Assembly (NCBI GenBank): GCA_963714975.1
Contig: CAVQQD010000002.1
Coordinates: 1,152,001 to 1,216,000 of the forward strand
Direction: 5' to 3'
Length of the DNA stretch: 64,000 bases
From: an uncultured Gammaproteobacteria bacterium
GTDB taxonomy: Bacteria; Pseudomonadota; Gammaproteobacteria; JAURND01
The position numbers and the translations under genes are program-made. The notes under the pieces were generated by a model. The model had not been told where the DNA came from and ran no database searches. It saw only the letters and a list, made by a program, of their open reading frames with translations. Below, piece after piece: positions 22,001 through 32,595 of the stretch. The number at the start of each line of letters is the position of its first letter. Within the stretch, counting starts at the first letter, position 1.

Positions 22001-24637
22001 TGGCCAGATATAAGGTTGCTCCTGCAAATAGACAGGGAAATATCTCCCACACAGAAGCATCAAAACTAAGGGTGGAAAAATTTAAGATTCTATCAGAGTG
22101 ATTAATGGCAAATTTTCGTAACTTTGCCAAGACCGTATTCACCACCGCCTGATGTTTAATAAGAACCCCTTTGGGTTTTCCCGTAGTACCTGAGGTGTAA
22201 ATGACATAAGCCAATTGAGAAGAGTCAAAATTTAAGCTAATAAATTCTTTGTTACGAATTTTGATATTTTTAATTTTATCAACCGTGATAATAGCGCCAT
22301 CTGTAATAGTATGTATTTTCTTAGCAAGACGAGATTGAGTAAGCACAAACAAAGCTCGACAATCCTCGAAAATGAACTTTATTCTCGCTCTTGGATACTC
22401 AGGATCAATCGGTACATAAACACCTCCAGCTTTTAAAATCCCCAAAATCCCAATAATCATTTCGATGCTGCGTTCCATGCAAATTGCGACTAAAGTTTCA
22501 GCTACCACCCCTTGTTGACTTAAGTAATGCGCAAGTTGATTGGCTTGTTGATTAAGCTCACGATAGGTGAGCGATTGATTTTCAAAACAAACGGCGATTT
22601 TATTGGGATGTTTTTGAACCTGTTCTTCAAATAATTGCGGAATAGTTTTATCGCGTGGATAGTCTGTTTCAGTTTGATTCCAATCAATTAAGATTTGCTG
22701 CTGTTCTTGGGGTGTAAGTAGCACTAAATCGGCAATGGGAGTTTCTGGTTGCGTGGTAATGGCGGTTAGCAAGGTTTCTAAATGGCCGGGCATTTGTTGC
22801 AGAATAGTTTTCAAATAGAGTTCTTGTGCTACGCAATTTTGATCGACATACCAAGACAAACTAGAATCCTTGGCAGATATTACCAACACTAAAGCGGCAC
22901 GAGATTTTTGTAGCTGTTCGATTTCTCGCATAACAACGGCAGTAAATACCGTTTCTTTGACTTCGGTTAAATTCGGATAACGATAAAATATATCGGGTAA
23001 ATAACTGCCTTTTTGTTGCATAGCAAGTAACTCAGCTTGTAATTGGGTCACAACTTGGCCGAAGTGTAATCCGTTTTGCAAGGCAGTGAAATACGGTAGT
23101 TCTAAATTTTGATCAGGTAATTGCAGCAGCACCCCTACTTTGGGTTGGTTGCCGAGACGATAGAGGTAGACGATCCAGAGGGCTAACAGCAAGGTGTTGA
23201 AATCATGAGTAGGGTAATGTTGGTGTAATAATTTTTGTAAAGGGGTGGGGAGGGTCCATTGTTGTAAATACCCCCTCTCCCTAACCCTCTCCCACCTTCC
23301 CTCGCTAACGCTCGGGCGGGGGAGAGGGGACTGGAGACTTCCTTCTCCCCTTGTGGGAGAAGGTGCCCCTTCGACAGGCTCAGGGTAGGCTGGCGGATGA
23401 GGGGTGAATTCTGAGGGTTCTCCCCTCATCCGGCCTGCGGCCACCTTCTCCCACAAGGGGAGAAGGAATGAGGACTTATTTTCGAGGTGATTAAAATTCA
23501 GGAAGGGAATTTTGGCAGGCTCTATGGATTGCCATTGGGAAACCCAGTAGGCTTCATCGCCTCCTTCGCTCCAGCATAATCCTTCGACCTTATTCCTTCT
23601 CCCCTTGTGGGAGAAGGTGGCCGCAGGCCGGATGAGGGGTGAACCATCCAAGCTCTCCCTAACCCTCTCCCACCTTCCCTCGCTGACGCTCGGGCGGGGA
23701 GAGGGGATAAAGACACTGCATCACCTTCTAAGGTACAAATCTGCCGAATAGCAATGTCGCAAGTAGCGGTCGCAATGCGCCAATAGTCCGCAGTAACAGC
23801 AACTATGGTTCCAGGAGCTTCAGTCGATAGCTCCGGTAATAGCTCTAATTGGGTGATAATGAATTCATCTTCCCAGCTTCCTTGCTGGGATGACGGTTCC
23901 TCCTGCTGGAACGACGGTTCGCCCAGCTGGGATGACGACAACTTAAATTTCGGGCAAGTAAAGCGATTAGGATAGGAGCCAAATTGAGTAGCCCGAAATA
24001 ATCGCTCAATAGCTTCGGCACTGGCATTCCAATCAATCCACCCATTACCAGCAGGTTTTTGATGGAGACCAAAATAGGTACGTTGACTTAAATCTTGGGG
24101 TTGGCGCTGGTAATCATGATTGACTAAGGATTTCACTAACTCAGAGAAGCTTTGCAGTGCCGCTTCGTAGCATTTGAGATTTAAGCTTAGTGCAGTTTCA
24201 TCTTCAGTAATCGGCACCATCACTTGCTGCAAAATATCACCGGCATCGACGGTTTCAATGGCCACATGCCAGGTGATGCCATGGGTCTTTTCTTGATTTA
24301 AGATCGCCCAGGAAGTGGCCTGAACTCCGGCATATCGCGGTAAAGGGGCATCATGAAAATTAATCGCCAATTGCCGAGGCAGATTGAGTATCGCCGCAGG
24401 CAAAATTTGCGAATTAACAATACTAAATAAATAATCAAAAGGAGTCTTGTTGAGTGCTTCTTGGGTGGCTGCTAATGATGCGTAGTGAGGAATTCCCTGT
24501 TGCAAGGCCCATAGTTCTGCGGCTTCATATGCAGAGATAATGCCTAGTATTTGCTGTCCTTGTTGTTGGATAATTTTGGCACATTCCAGATGGAGATTAT
24601 CCTCTCCAATGATAAAACAAGTGAAAATAGGGGACAT
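16095..24637 (-). CDS. NRPS: formyltransferase - partial C - A(Phe) - T - E - C - A(Thr) - T - truncated TE (frameshifted)
   Basis: INFHDAPLPRYAG (formyltransferase); two YTSG.TG.PKG A domains; GGDSI and GGNSF carrier motifs; HHLIMDGVSW/RHGRE/LGWFT epimerase; HHILLDGWS C domain; HPIGG TE start that ends before the GxSxG motif. Split over four ORFs. Confidence 0.9.
23271..23468. repeat. REP-like palindrome cluster inside the NRPS reading frame
   Basis: CCCTCTCCC...GGGAGAGGG unit plus an inverted pair of CCTTCTCCCCTTGTGGGAGAAGG...GGATGAGGGG units. Confidence 0.9.
23593..23707. repeat. Second REP-like palindrome cluster inside the NRPS
   Basis: Near-identical copies of the two unit types at 23271-23468. 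Confidence 0.9.
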
Positions 24638-24702
24638 AGGGTTGAAATGACTTCACGTTGGGTTTTTAAATTTTCCCTCCTCATAAATTCCTAACAAATT
24701 TG

Positions 24703-24858
24703 TCATTCTAAGCGAAGCGAAAGACCTCCCCCCTGACCTCCTAGTCCTTACAGGACTAATTTGTCAGGAACAAAACTGTCACATCCCTGTGGGTGGATCC
24801 TGACCTCCTTGCCAGGACGACGCTTACTAGGAGGCCCTTCGGTTCGCTCAGAATAACA
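24703..24858. repeat. REP-like intergenic palindrome
   Basis: gtcattctaagcgaagcgaaagacctcc ... ggaggcccttcggttcgctcagaataac imperfect inverted repeat. Confidence 0.7.
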
Positions 24859-25943
24859 ATAGGTTGGCCCTGTCGCACTTGCGGTGCTGCCCAACCACGA
24901 TGACAGTCTACTAGCTTAAGGAAAAATTAACAAGTGTAGCAAAAGATTTATAAAAGAAGCGGAAATGGAAAGCAGAGGGGTGATGGGCCACTTGAGAATA
25001 GATCAGTTGGATGAGAAGTCAAAATCTAAGATAAGCCGCCCTTAAGAAAAATTTGCATTTCAGTCAAAGTCAATGAATAATAGCAAACCTCGGGGGCTTG
25101 CGCCTCCGAGGCCGCGCCAAAAGAATGTTGATAGCATTCTTGAGGCACTTCCATAATCAATTAACCTAATACGAGGTTAACCGAAGATGGCCCAGAAAGC
25201 TTACTTCATTGCGTGTTCGTGTAAAACTCTTTTTTCGATGTTGCCCACATTTTTTTACCTGGATTCTCCTAGGCGAATTGTTCACGCCTGGGAAAATTCG
25301 CTTGCATCCCATGGAATTTCCTCGACTGTCTTCGGTGGATTATGGGCTTGGGGTGCTAAGTTACCGGTTTTTTGGTGGCCAACATCGATGCAGAGAGGGG
25401 TAAGCAAGTAAGAGAGGAACGGTATGGCGGGGTGATTTATATCGCCTCGCCATCCTAAAATCTTCTGCTTGCCTACCCTGGTTCGATGCTTTTTTCGCAT
25501 CCACCCAGGAACGCGCCGATGACTCCGAAAAAAATCAAACCCGTTTTCAAATACGAACAAACTAACGCGCCAATTCCGTTCGATCAGGCGCATTGTTTAC
25601 TGACGATTAGCGTCGGCCAAGAAGTGCATGAAGGCGAGCCATTCGCAGCGACCGTAGCTTTGGTGCGTCAGCAATTTGCGCGATGCACTCTGCTGATTGA
25701 CGATACCCTGCAGCGCCACACCCTGGCATTATTGCACCCTGAACGCCGGGCGGAAGATTTTTTAGCCAGCGCACAACAAGAAGGCGAAGCGTGGTTAGCA
25801 CGCAATCACTCTACTTATCAGCATTTACCACAGCTTAAAATAGTCCAGTGGGATGATTGGTTAAACCATCCGCGTTATCCCGCCACCTTTCGACGCGTTA
25901 ACTATTTAGTGACTCAACACTCCGCTTACCAACACGCTATCAA

Positions 25944-27655
25944 CCTAAAAACGGCAGTTGAAGGACTTCCTAACCGATAAAACTCTGATCAAATATCTTC
26001 CAACAAAGTACCTTTTTTTCAATTTTATGTGGGTGCTGATAAACCAAGTGGTGGCTGCAGCGACTTTCCATTTAAATATTTTCCTACTGCTTGGCTCAAA
26101 ATTCGATACCAACATTGATCATGTGTTAACTGCTCCGCATCTTTTTTTAATCCTTTAAAAAATTTCACCACGCGGCTTAATAACATTTGAACTTTATTAA
26201 TATTTCCATGCGTGCTGCTGATAACAATGTGTGTTTGTCTTGCATGGACAGTTTGTTTTGCCATAGCATGCAATAATAAGGGACGACTCGTAATAGCTTC
26301 TAAATGTTTGTCAGGTTCTGCCAGGCGAGCAAATATATTCCACCAATTATAAATAAGAGCAACCACGCGCGACATAAAGCGGCAACGCTTCATGTCTTGG
26401 GTTGTAAACCCGCTCCAACCCCATTGATTTTTCAATTCATCAAATATATTTTCACTGTCCGCACGATCGCGATAATGTTGCGCAATAGTCAGTATTTCAT
26501 CCGGTAATGAAGTAACTAATACAGCGTATTCATAAACATAGGTTTTATCATCAACCTCACCAAAACATATCTCTAATTGTTTTGTTCCTGCATGTTGTGA
26601 AATAAGCATTAAATTTTTTTGTATTTTTTTTCTCAACACGATGACTCGACGCGATCTTTCCCAACCATCTAATTTCAATAAGGCATCAGTCCCTTCCCAG
26701 CCCTGATCAGCAAAATACCAATCTTGACGAACCATTTTTACTTCTTCTATTAAACGCTTTACATTCTTCGTTGATTTCAATTTAAATAAATAGGGTATTT
26801 GCTTTTCTTCAGCAATTTTCATCACACCATCTGTACCAAAAGCACAATCACCTCGCAAAAATTGAGGCCACTGTGCACGCGGAATACGATCTAATAATTC
26901 CCATAAATCAGGCGCCGAATAACTGGATGCCATTTGATTACCAGGCTGTACTTCAACATCCAGTACTAAACGTAAATTGGCGATAAAATAGGAATGATAG
27001 GTATGAGAAGGGCGGCCAGGTTTTGTTGGATTATAACCCAATACAGCTCCTTCCTGTTTTCCATAAAGTACTTTAACTGTGGTATCAACATCTAATATCC
27101 ATGGCACACTCAGCAATGGCACATAACATTTATTTAAATGTTTTTGTAGCCATACTATTCCAGCTTCTTCTTCCATTTTTACAAAAGCACGCCGGAGTGA
27201 ATCTTCACTCACTATTTTTTTCATACCCAATAAATCTGGATTTACTCCATCACAACGCAATGTAGTGATATGAGCATAGCGACTATGACCTGCTAAAACA
27301 GCTAATAACAGCGTACCTAAAATGTCACGATTTGAAGGAGCGTTGGGACTTACTAATTGCAATGGACAATCTTCAACCCAAGGGTCAAATAAATTTCCAA
27401 TCTTTAAAAATTCAATAAAAAATGCCAATTGTCCTAGCGGAGTTACAGCAGCTTGAGGATCCCATTCCACATAGATGCGACCACCAAAAGTATCTAGGGC
27501 TAATGAGACATTTTTGGCTAATAAATTTTCTTCTTTTAAGTCTTCTGGCAGTTCACCCGTTGGGTGAAGAGGAGCCGGAGGTAGTTTCATGCGATTTCCC
27601 CTGTAATTTTGTTATAAGGGTCGCATTATCTCATAGTTCAACTGCTTTTTTTAGG
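25944..27655 (-). mobile_element. IS1380-family insertion sequence (1712 bp)
   Basis: Terminal IRs CCTAAAAACGGCAGTTGAA / CCTAAAAAAAGCAGTTGAA (17/19); 5-bp TSD ATCAA at 25939-25943 and 27656-27660. Confidence 0.9.
26025..27590 (-). CDS. IS1380-family DDE transposase
   Basis: ILDVDTT...YG.QEGA..GYNP.KPGRPS, LRGD..FG, YR.RADSEN.FDELKNQWG motifs. Confidence 0.9.
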   Translation of the reverse strand: MKLPPAPLHPTGELPEDLKEENLLAKNVSLALDTFGGRIYVEWDPQAAVTPLGQLAFFIEFLKIGNLFDPWVEDCPLQLVSPNAPSNRDILGTLLLAVLAGHSRYAHITTLRCDGVNPDLLGMKKIVSEDSLRRAFVKMEEEAGIVWLQKHLNKCYVPLLSVPWILDVDTTVKVLYGKQEGAVLGYNPTKPGRPSHTYHSYFIANLRLVLDVEVQPGNQMASSYSAPDLWELLDRIPRAQWPQFLRGDCAFGTDGVMKIAEEKQIPYLFKLKSTKNVKRLIEEVKMVRQDWYFADQGWEGTDALLKLDGWERSRRVIVLRKKIQKNLMLISQHAGTKQLEICFGEVDDKTYVYEYAVLVTSLPDEILTIAQHYRDRADSENIFDELKNQWGWSGFTTQDMKRCRFMSRVVALIYNWWNIFARLAEPDKHLEAITSRPLLLHAMAKQTVHARQTHIVISSTHGNINKVQMLLSRVVKFFKGLKKDAEQLTHDQCWYRILSQAVGKYLNGKSLQPPLGLSAPT

Positions 27656-27990
27656 ATCAAGCTAACCATTAGCACTTTTTTACAGCGTTACACTCAACGT
27701 CTGTCCCCTGAAATATTGAGACAATTTAATTACGCCCGTGCCCAGGAATTATGCCGGAATTATGTCCTGGAAGAATGCACCGCGCTTTGTTTATGGCCGG
27801 AATTGCAGTGCCATTATGAGGTCTACCCCAGCCCACACAATGCCGCGATGACTTATACGCATCAACAATTTCTGCTCCCGCGCTATCCCGATTTATTACA
27901 CCCGATCTCGATTAAGTTTAAGCAGCGCAAGCAGTTCAAGCCGCAGCGCTTTGACTGCTTACCGCCCACTCAAGCAGAAGGAGTGATGAA

Positions 27991-29171
27991 ATGACCCTCA
28001 ATTTATTTTATATTCCCGAAATTATTTTTAGCTCGGCGCTTTTTATCAATGCCCTGCTGTTTATTCCACAATTTATCAAAATCCTCAAAGAAAAAACTGC
28101 CCAGGAAGTTTCCTTGCTGACCTTCGTCGGCTTTTGGCTAATTCAAGCCACCATTGTCTGGCACGGTTTTTTGCAGAGGGATTGGTGGTTGGTGTGGGGT
28201 TATATCTTCAGCATGTTCACCTGTGGCGCAGTGATTGTGGGCATTATTTTATATCGACAGCGTCCGCCCCCTGCCTCGCTGCAGGACCAATACGAATTAC
28301 TCGACAATTTATTAGCGATCCTGCCAGAGCATTTGTATTGGATCGATCGCAAGGGGCGGTATTTAGGTTGCAATAATCAGCAAGCCGAATCCGCAGGCCT
28401 GGCTTCGCGTGAAGACATTGTGGGCAAGCGCAATAGCGATTTGCCCTGGAATATCAATGCCGGGCAATTACCCGAAACTTTAGATGCACTCCATCAAAAA
28501 ATCATGTGCACCGGTGAGGCACAGGTTGTCGAAGAACCAGCGGTGTTGCCCAATGGCCGCGAAGCAATTTTTCTCTCTCACAAAGTGCCGCTACATCGTC
28601 GCGGTCAAATTGTGGGGATGGCCGGTGTTTCGATTGATATTACCCGCCCGCATTGAAGCCGAAAAGGCGTTGCTGCAAGCCTTGCAAGCCAAAGACGATT
28701 TTCTGCACAATATCAGTCACGATTTGCGTACTCCGTTTTGTGGTCTGGTGACCATGACGGAATCACTGGCATTAAATGAGGAAAATCCAGAACGGAAAAT
28801 GGGACTGCAATGCATCATGGATTCGGCCGAAGCCTTACTCACTCATCTCAATGAAATTTTAGACTATGTGCGCTCCACAGCCGGCACCCCGGTGAGCCAA
28901 GTGGCTTTTGATTTACCGGCCCTGGTGCAAACCACCTATGCCATGTTGGCTCCAACCGCCCAAGCCAAGCAATTACATTTTACCTGGGAAGTGACCCAAT
29001 CCCTGCCCACCAGTGTTTGTGGTGATCGGCTGCGCACCCAGCAAATTTTGTTACATGTTCTTGCCAATGCAATCAAATTCACACCCAAAGGCTTTGTGCG
29101 CTTGCAAACCGCGGTTGAATCTGAACAAGAACACCACTGGTTAATTCGCTTCACCGTAAGCGACAGCGGCA
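27991..29171 (+). pseudogene. PQ-loop (SemiSWEET-like) - PAS - HisKA - HATPase sensor kinase; frameshifted and 3'-truncated
   Basis: FIPQFIKILKEKTA..VSL PQ-loop with 3 TMs; PAS (LYWIDRKGRYLGCN...GVSIDIT); ISHDLRTP; LANAIKFT. Cut at DSGRG by the 601-bp repeat. Confidence 0.8.
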
Positions 29172-29772
29172 GAGGAAGTTATTGTCGAAATTACGCGACA
29201 ATAAAAAAACAGCTGGGCATCTGCTATTTGGCTTGATTATTTTTTCTATGGTTACAGAAGGTAGTTTACAATTTACTCACTCGGGTAATATTTTTGGGCT
29301 AGAACCTCAAGCCGAGATATATTTAGCAATTGCTTTGTGTAGTACAGCTGTTTTAGCCCTCATGATCAAAAAAGCAGTGACTGGCAATGTATTCTGCTTT
29401 ACTTCAGAAGCAGGAGAAATTGCTGATACGCTGTATGCATTAAAAGGCAGTTGACATCCTCGCCCTGAAGGGCGAGGATTTCTACTGCTTTTAACCATCA
29501 CCCCAAACCTGCACGATTCCTGCACGATACTTCTATTTAATGATCAATTTCCAAACGGTGTTTCGAGCTTTTCCTTGTTGCTCCAATAAACCAAAAGATT
29601 GTAAAACCGTTAAATCAGCTTTAATAGTCCTAAGGCTTAATTTTTCCCCTAAACGATTATAAATTTCTTGAGCATTTAAAGCTTCTCCATAAGCAAGAAT
29701 CTCCAATATTTTTTGCTGTCTATCGGTTAAAGTAATATTTTCTTGCTTCTCAATTGATATTATTGGAGGCTT
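29172..29772. repeat. 601-bp direct repeat, copy 2
   Basis: Matches 14235-14835. Confidence 0.95.
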
Positions 29773-29958
29773 AATGCTTTTGGGAAATCGAAATATGACT
29801 TTAAATTCGGATGTGGATGGGAGTGAGACATATTTAGTTGTTTGGATTTGCTCCGTAGGGTCCCGGGATCAAAATATTGGCTCTTTAAGGCTTGGGCCAT
29901 CACGAAATTAAATTCCGTCAATTCTTTGACTAAATGTTCCATTTCTTCGGCGGATTCA

Positions 29959-30258
29959 TTACTGGGTAAGGGCTTGGGGTAATTCGCTTTGACAACATGG
30001 ACCAAGCGCGGCCGACAAGGCTTGCAGTTCCTCGGTCCCGGTAATGCCACGCACGATATCGCCAATGGCGGGAAAAAAGCGCCCACGCTCCTCCGGGCTG
30101 GTAAGGTGCTGATAAATCGCCTGCTCTACAGCAGCAATGTCGTATTTTTGTAAGGTGATCCAGTACAGTTCACTGACCTCTTCGGTTAACGGCCACCGAT
30201 AGTGATCCCCTAAAATTTTGAGCAACTTGGCAAAGCGCAGCATGTCCTGAGTATTCAT
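29959..30258 (-). pseudogene. Phage-type hypothetical protein fragment (DUF6475/replication-associated-like)
   Basis: LYW..L..YDI.AV..A...HL..P..GRFFP..GDIV resembles this phage family; lies just inside the tRNA-proximal island end. Confidence 0.55.
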
Positions 30259-30430
30259 GGGCGGACTCCTAGCTGCTCCGCTTTGGTGTTTAACCAATTC
30301 TGCAGGGTCGCGGCATTGCCCTGCGCCTTTTGTTGGAAAGTCGCGCAAAACTCGCGCAAGCGATTTTGGTGTTACACAAAACGAAAGGGGATAGTTCGAT
30401 ATAACTGATTGATTTTAAATGAATTTTAGC

Positions 30431-30507
<77 letters not shown>

Positions 30508-30553
30508 ATTGGGGCTGAAGGTCTCAAAGTATAGTTAGTCATTGATTAGCTGT

Positions 30554-32429
30554 CTATTCCTTTTCTAGATCAGTGAAACTAATAAGCCTTTCCGCACGGC
30601 TGGGATGACGCAATTTACGTAGCGCTTTAGCCTCAATTTGACGAATGCGTTCGCGGGTGACATCAAATTGCTTTCCTACTTCTTCTAAGGTGTGATCCGT
30701 ATTCATATCAATACCAAAGCGCATACGCAAGACTTTAGCTTCGCGCGTGGTGAGAGAAGAAAGCACATCCTTAATTGCTTGTTGCAAACCAGCAATCGTC
30801 GCCGCATCAATGGGCGATTCTTGATCACCTTCAATAAAATCACCTAAATGAGAATCATCATCGCCATCTTGCCCAATCGGGGTTTCCATCGATATAGGTT
30901 CTTTAGCAATTTTCATTACTTTACGAATCTTATCCTCGCTCATCTCCATTAAAACGCTGAGTTCTTCTGGGGTGGGTTCTTGACCAGTCTCTTGCAAAAT
31001 TTGTCGCAGCAATGCGGCTCAACTTATTGATTGTCTCAATCATGTGAACCGGAATGCGGATGGTACGGGCTTGATCTGCAATTGAACGAGTAATGGCTTG
31101 ACGAATCCACCAGGTGGCATAAGTTGAAAATTTATATCCGCGGCGATATTCAAATTTATCGACCGCTTTCATCAAACCAATGTTACCTTCCTGAATTAAA
31201 TCCAAAAATTGCAAACCTCGGTTCGTATATTTTTTCGCAATTGAAATGACCAAACGCAGATTAGCTTCAATCATTTCTTTTTTCGCACGTCGTGCTTTCG
31301 CCTCCCCAATCGACAAGCGACGATTAATTTCTCTAATCTCGGGTATCATTAACCCTGCTTCTTCTTCTAGTGCAATCAATTTTCGTTGCAATCGAGCTAC
31401 ATCTTGCGCGAATGGTTTTAACAAAGATGCTCGATTTTTATGGATTTTGATATAAGAATCAAACCATTCTAAATTGGTTTCATTGTTGGGAAAAGAACCA
31501 ATAAAAGATTTGCGGGGAGTATTACCTTGAACGACACTAATATTTAAAATAGCTCGCTCATGCGCCCGTACCTGATCCAGCATGTCGCGTATCTTGCGGA
31601 TTTGGCGGGAAAATAATTTAGGTGCTAATTTACATCCTGAAAATACCTCTTGCAGCTTTTTCAAAGCTTGATCAGTATTTTGATGTTTCTTACCATACTG
31701 ATTGCGTGCAGCTAGATATCCCTGCTGCAATGCGGCCAATTCCTGAAAATATTGCTTGGCGACTTCAGGATCTGGGCCGGTATCGAGTATTCCACCTTCT
31801 TCTCCTCCACCACCGCCTTCTTCATCTTCCTCTTCTGCTCCAGCAGGCAAAGCAGCCACTTCTTCTGGCATTGGAAGCTCACCTACCACCTCAGTGCTAG
31901 CTTCTTCACTGGCTAAGAAACCAGTAATCACATCACTTAAGCGCTTTTCATCTTTTAAAGCTTTTCCATATTCTGATAATACCGAATCAATAATCTTGGG
32001 GTATTGAGCCAAAGAAAACATGACATTCTTCGTGCCTTCCTCAATACGTTGCGCAATAGCAATTTCACCCTGGCGTGTAAGCAGCTCTACACTGCCCATC
32101 TCTCGCATATACATGCGCACCGGGTCCGTAGTACGCCCAAATTCTGCATCAACGGGAACCAAAGCAGCTAATTCTTCAACAGCAACTTCCTCATCTGCTT
32201 CTACGCCTCCTTGAGGTAAAAGCAAAGCCTCACCACCACCTTCTCCTCCTTCATCTTCACGGACTTCAATCCCCATACCATTGAATACGATAATAATTTC
32301 TTCAATGCGTTCCGGATCCATCAATTCAGGTGGCAAGCCATCATTAAGATCAGCCGTGGTCAGATACCCCTTGGCAATTCCCTTACTGATTAAAGCCTTT
32401 ATTTCAGATTTGTCAGTTTCAAAGCTCAT
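30554..32429 (-). CDS. rpoD: RNA polymerase sigma-70 factor (apparent frameshift near 31010)
   Basis: [59 protein letters not shown]. Confidence 0.97.
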
Positions 32430-32595
32430 ATAAACGCATTTGCCTTCTTAAGATGGATATAATACTTTCCTTAGAGAACTGGGAGCCGTCACTGGCCTAC
32501 TCTTCTTTCTTATAATGCTATTCATCCCCTACCTCAAGTATAGTAGGGCCCAAAGCTGGAAAACTGATCATTTTAACGACATATTCACTATTAAG

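Larger units (their letters stand above)
25519..27994 (+). pseudogene. tRNA-dependent cyclodipeptide synthase (XYP-type), interrupted by IS1380
   Basis: ISVGQ..HEG, DDTLQRHT, WDDW, YVLEEC and EVYP motifs. Removing the IS and one TSD rejoins the halves in frame (HAIK-LTIS). Confidence 0.8.

Noticed and set aside
24916-24930. TTAA-N7-TTAA upstream of the NRPS as a PmrA box
   Set aside because: The repeat fits, but there is no -10 element at the 11-nt spacing on either strand; too weak in AT-rich DNA.
25080-25411. Hairpins and a 74-aa ORF upstream of the CDPS as a riboswitch or leader peptide
   Set aside because: No recognisable family or protein motif; cannot be supported without a search.
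27422-27660. N-terminus of the 190-aa ORF
   Set aside because: Antisense IS1380 sequence; only the part after 27660 is the CDPS C-terminal half.
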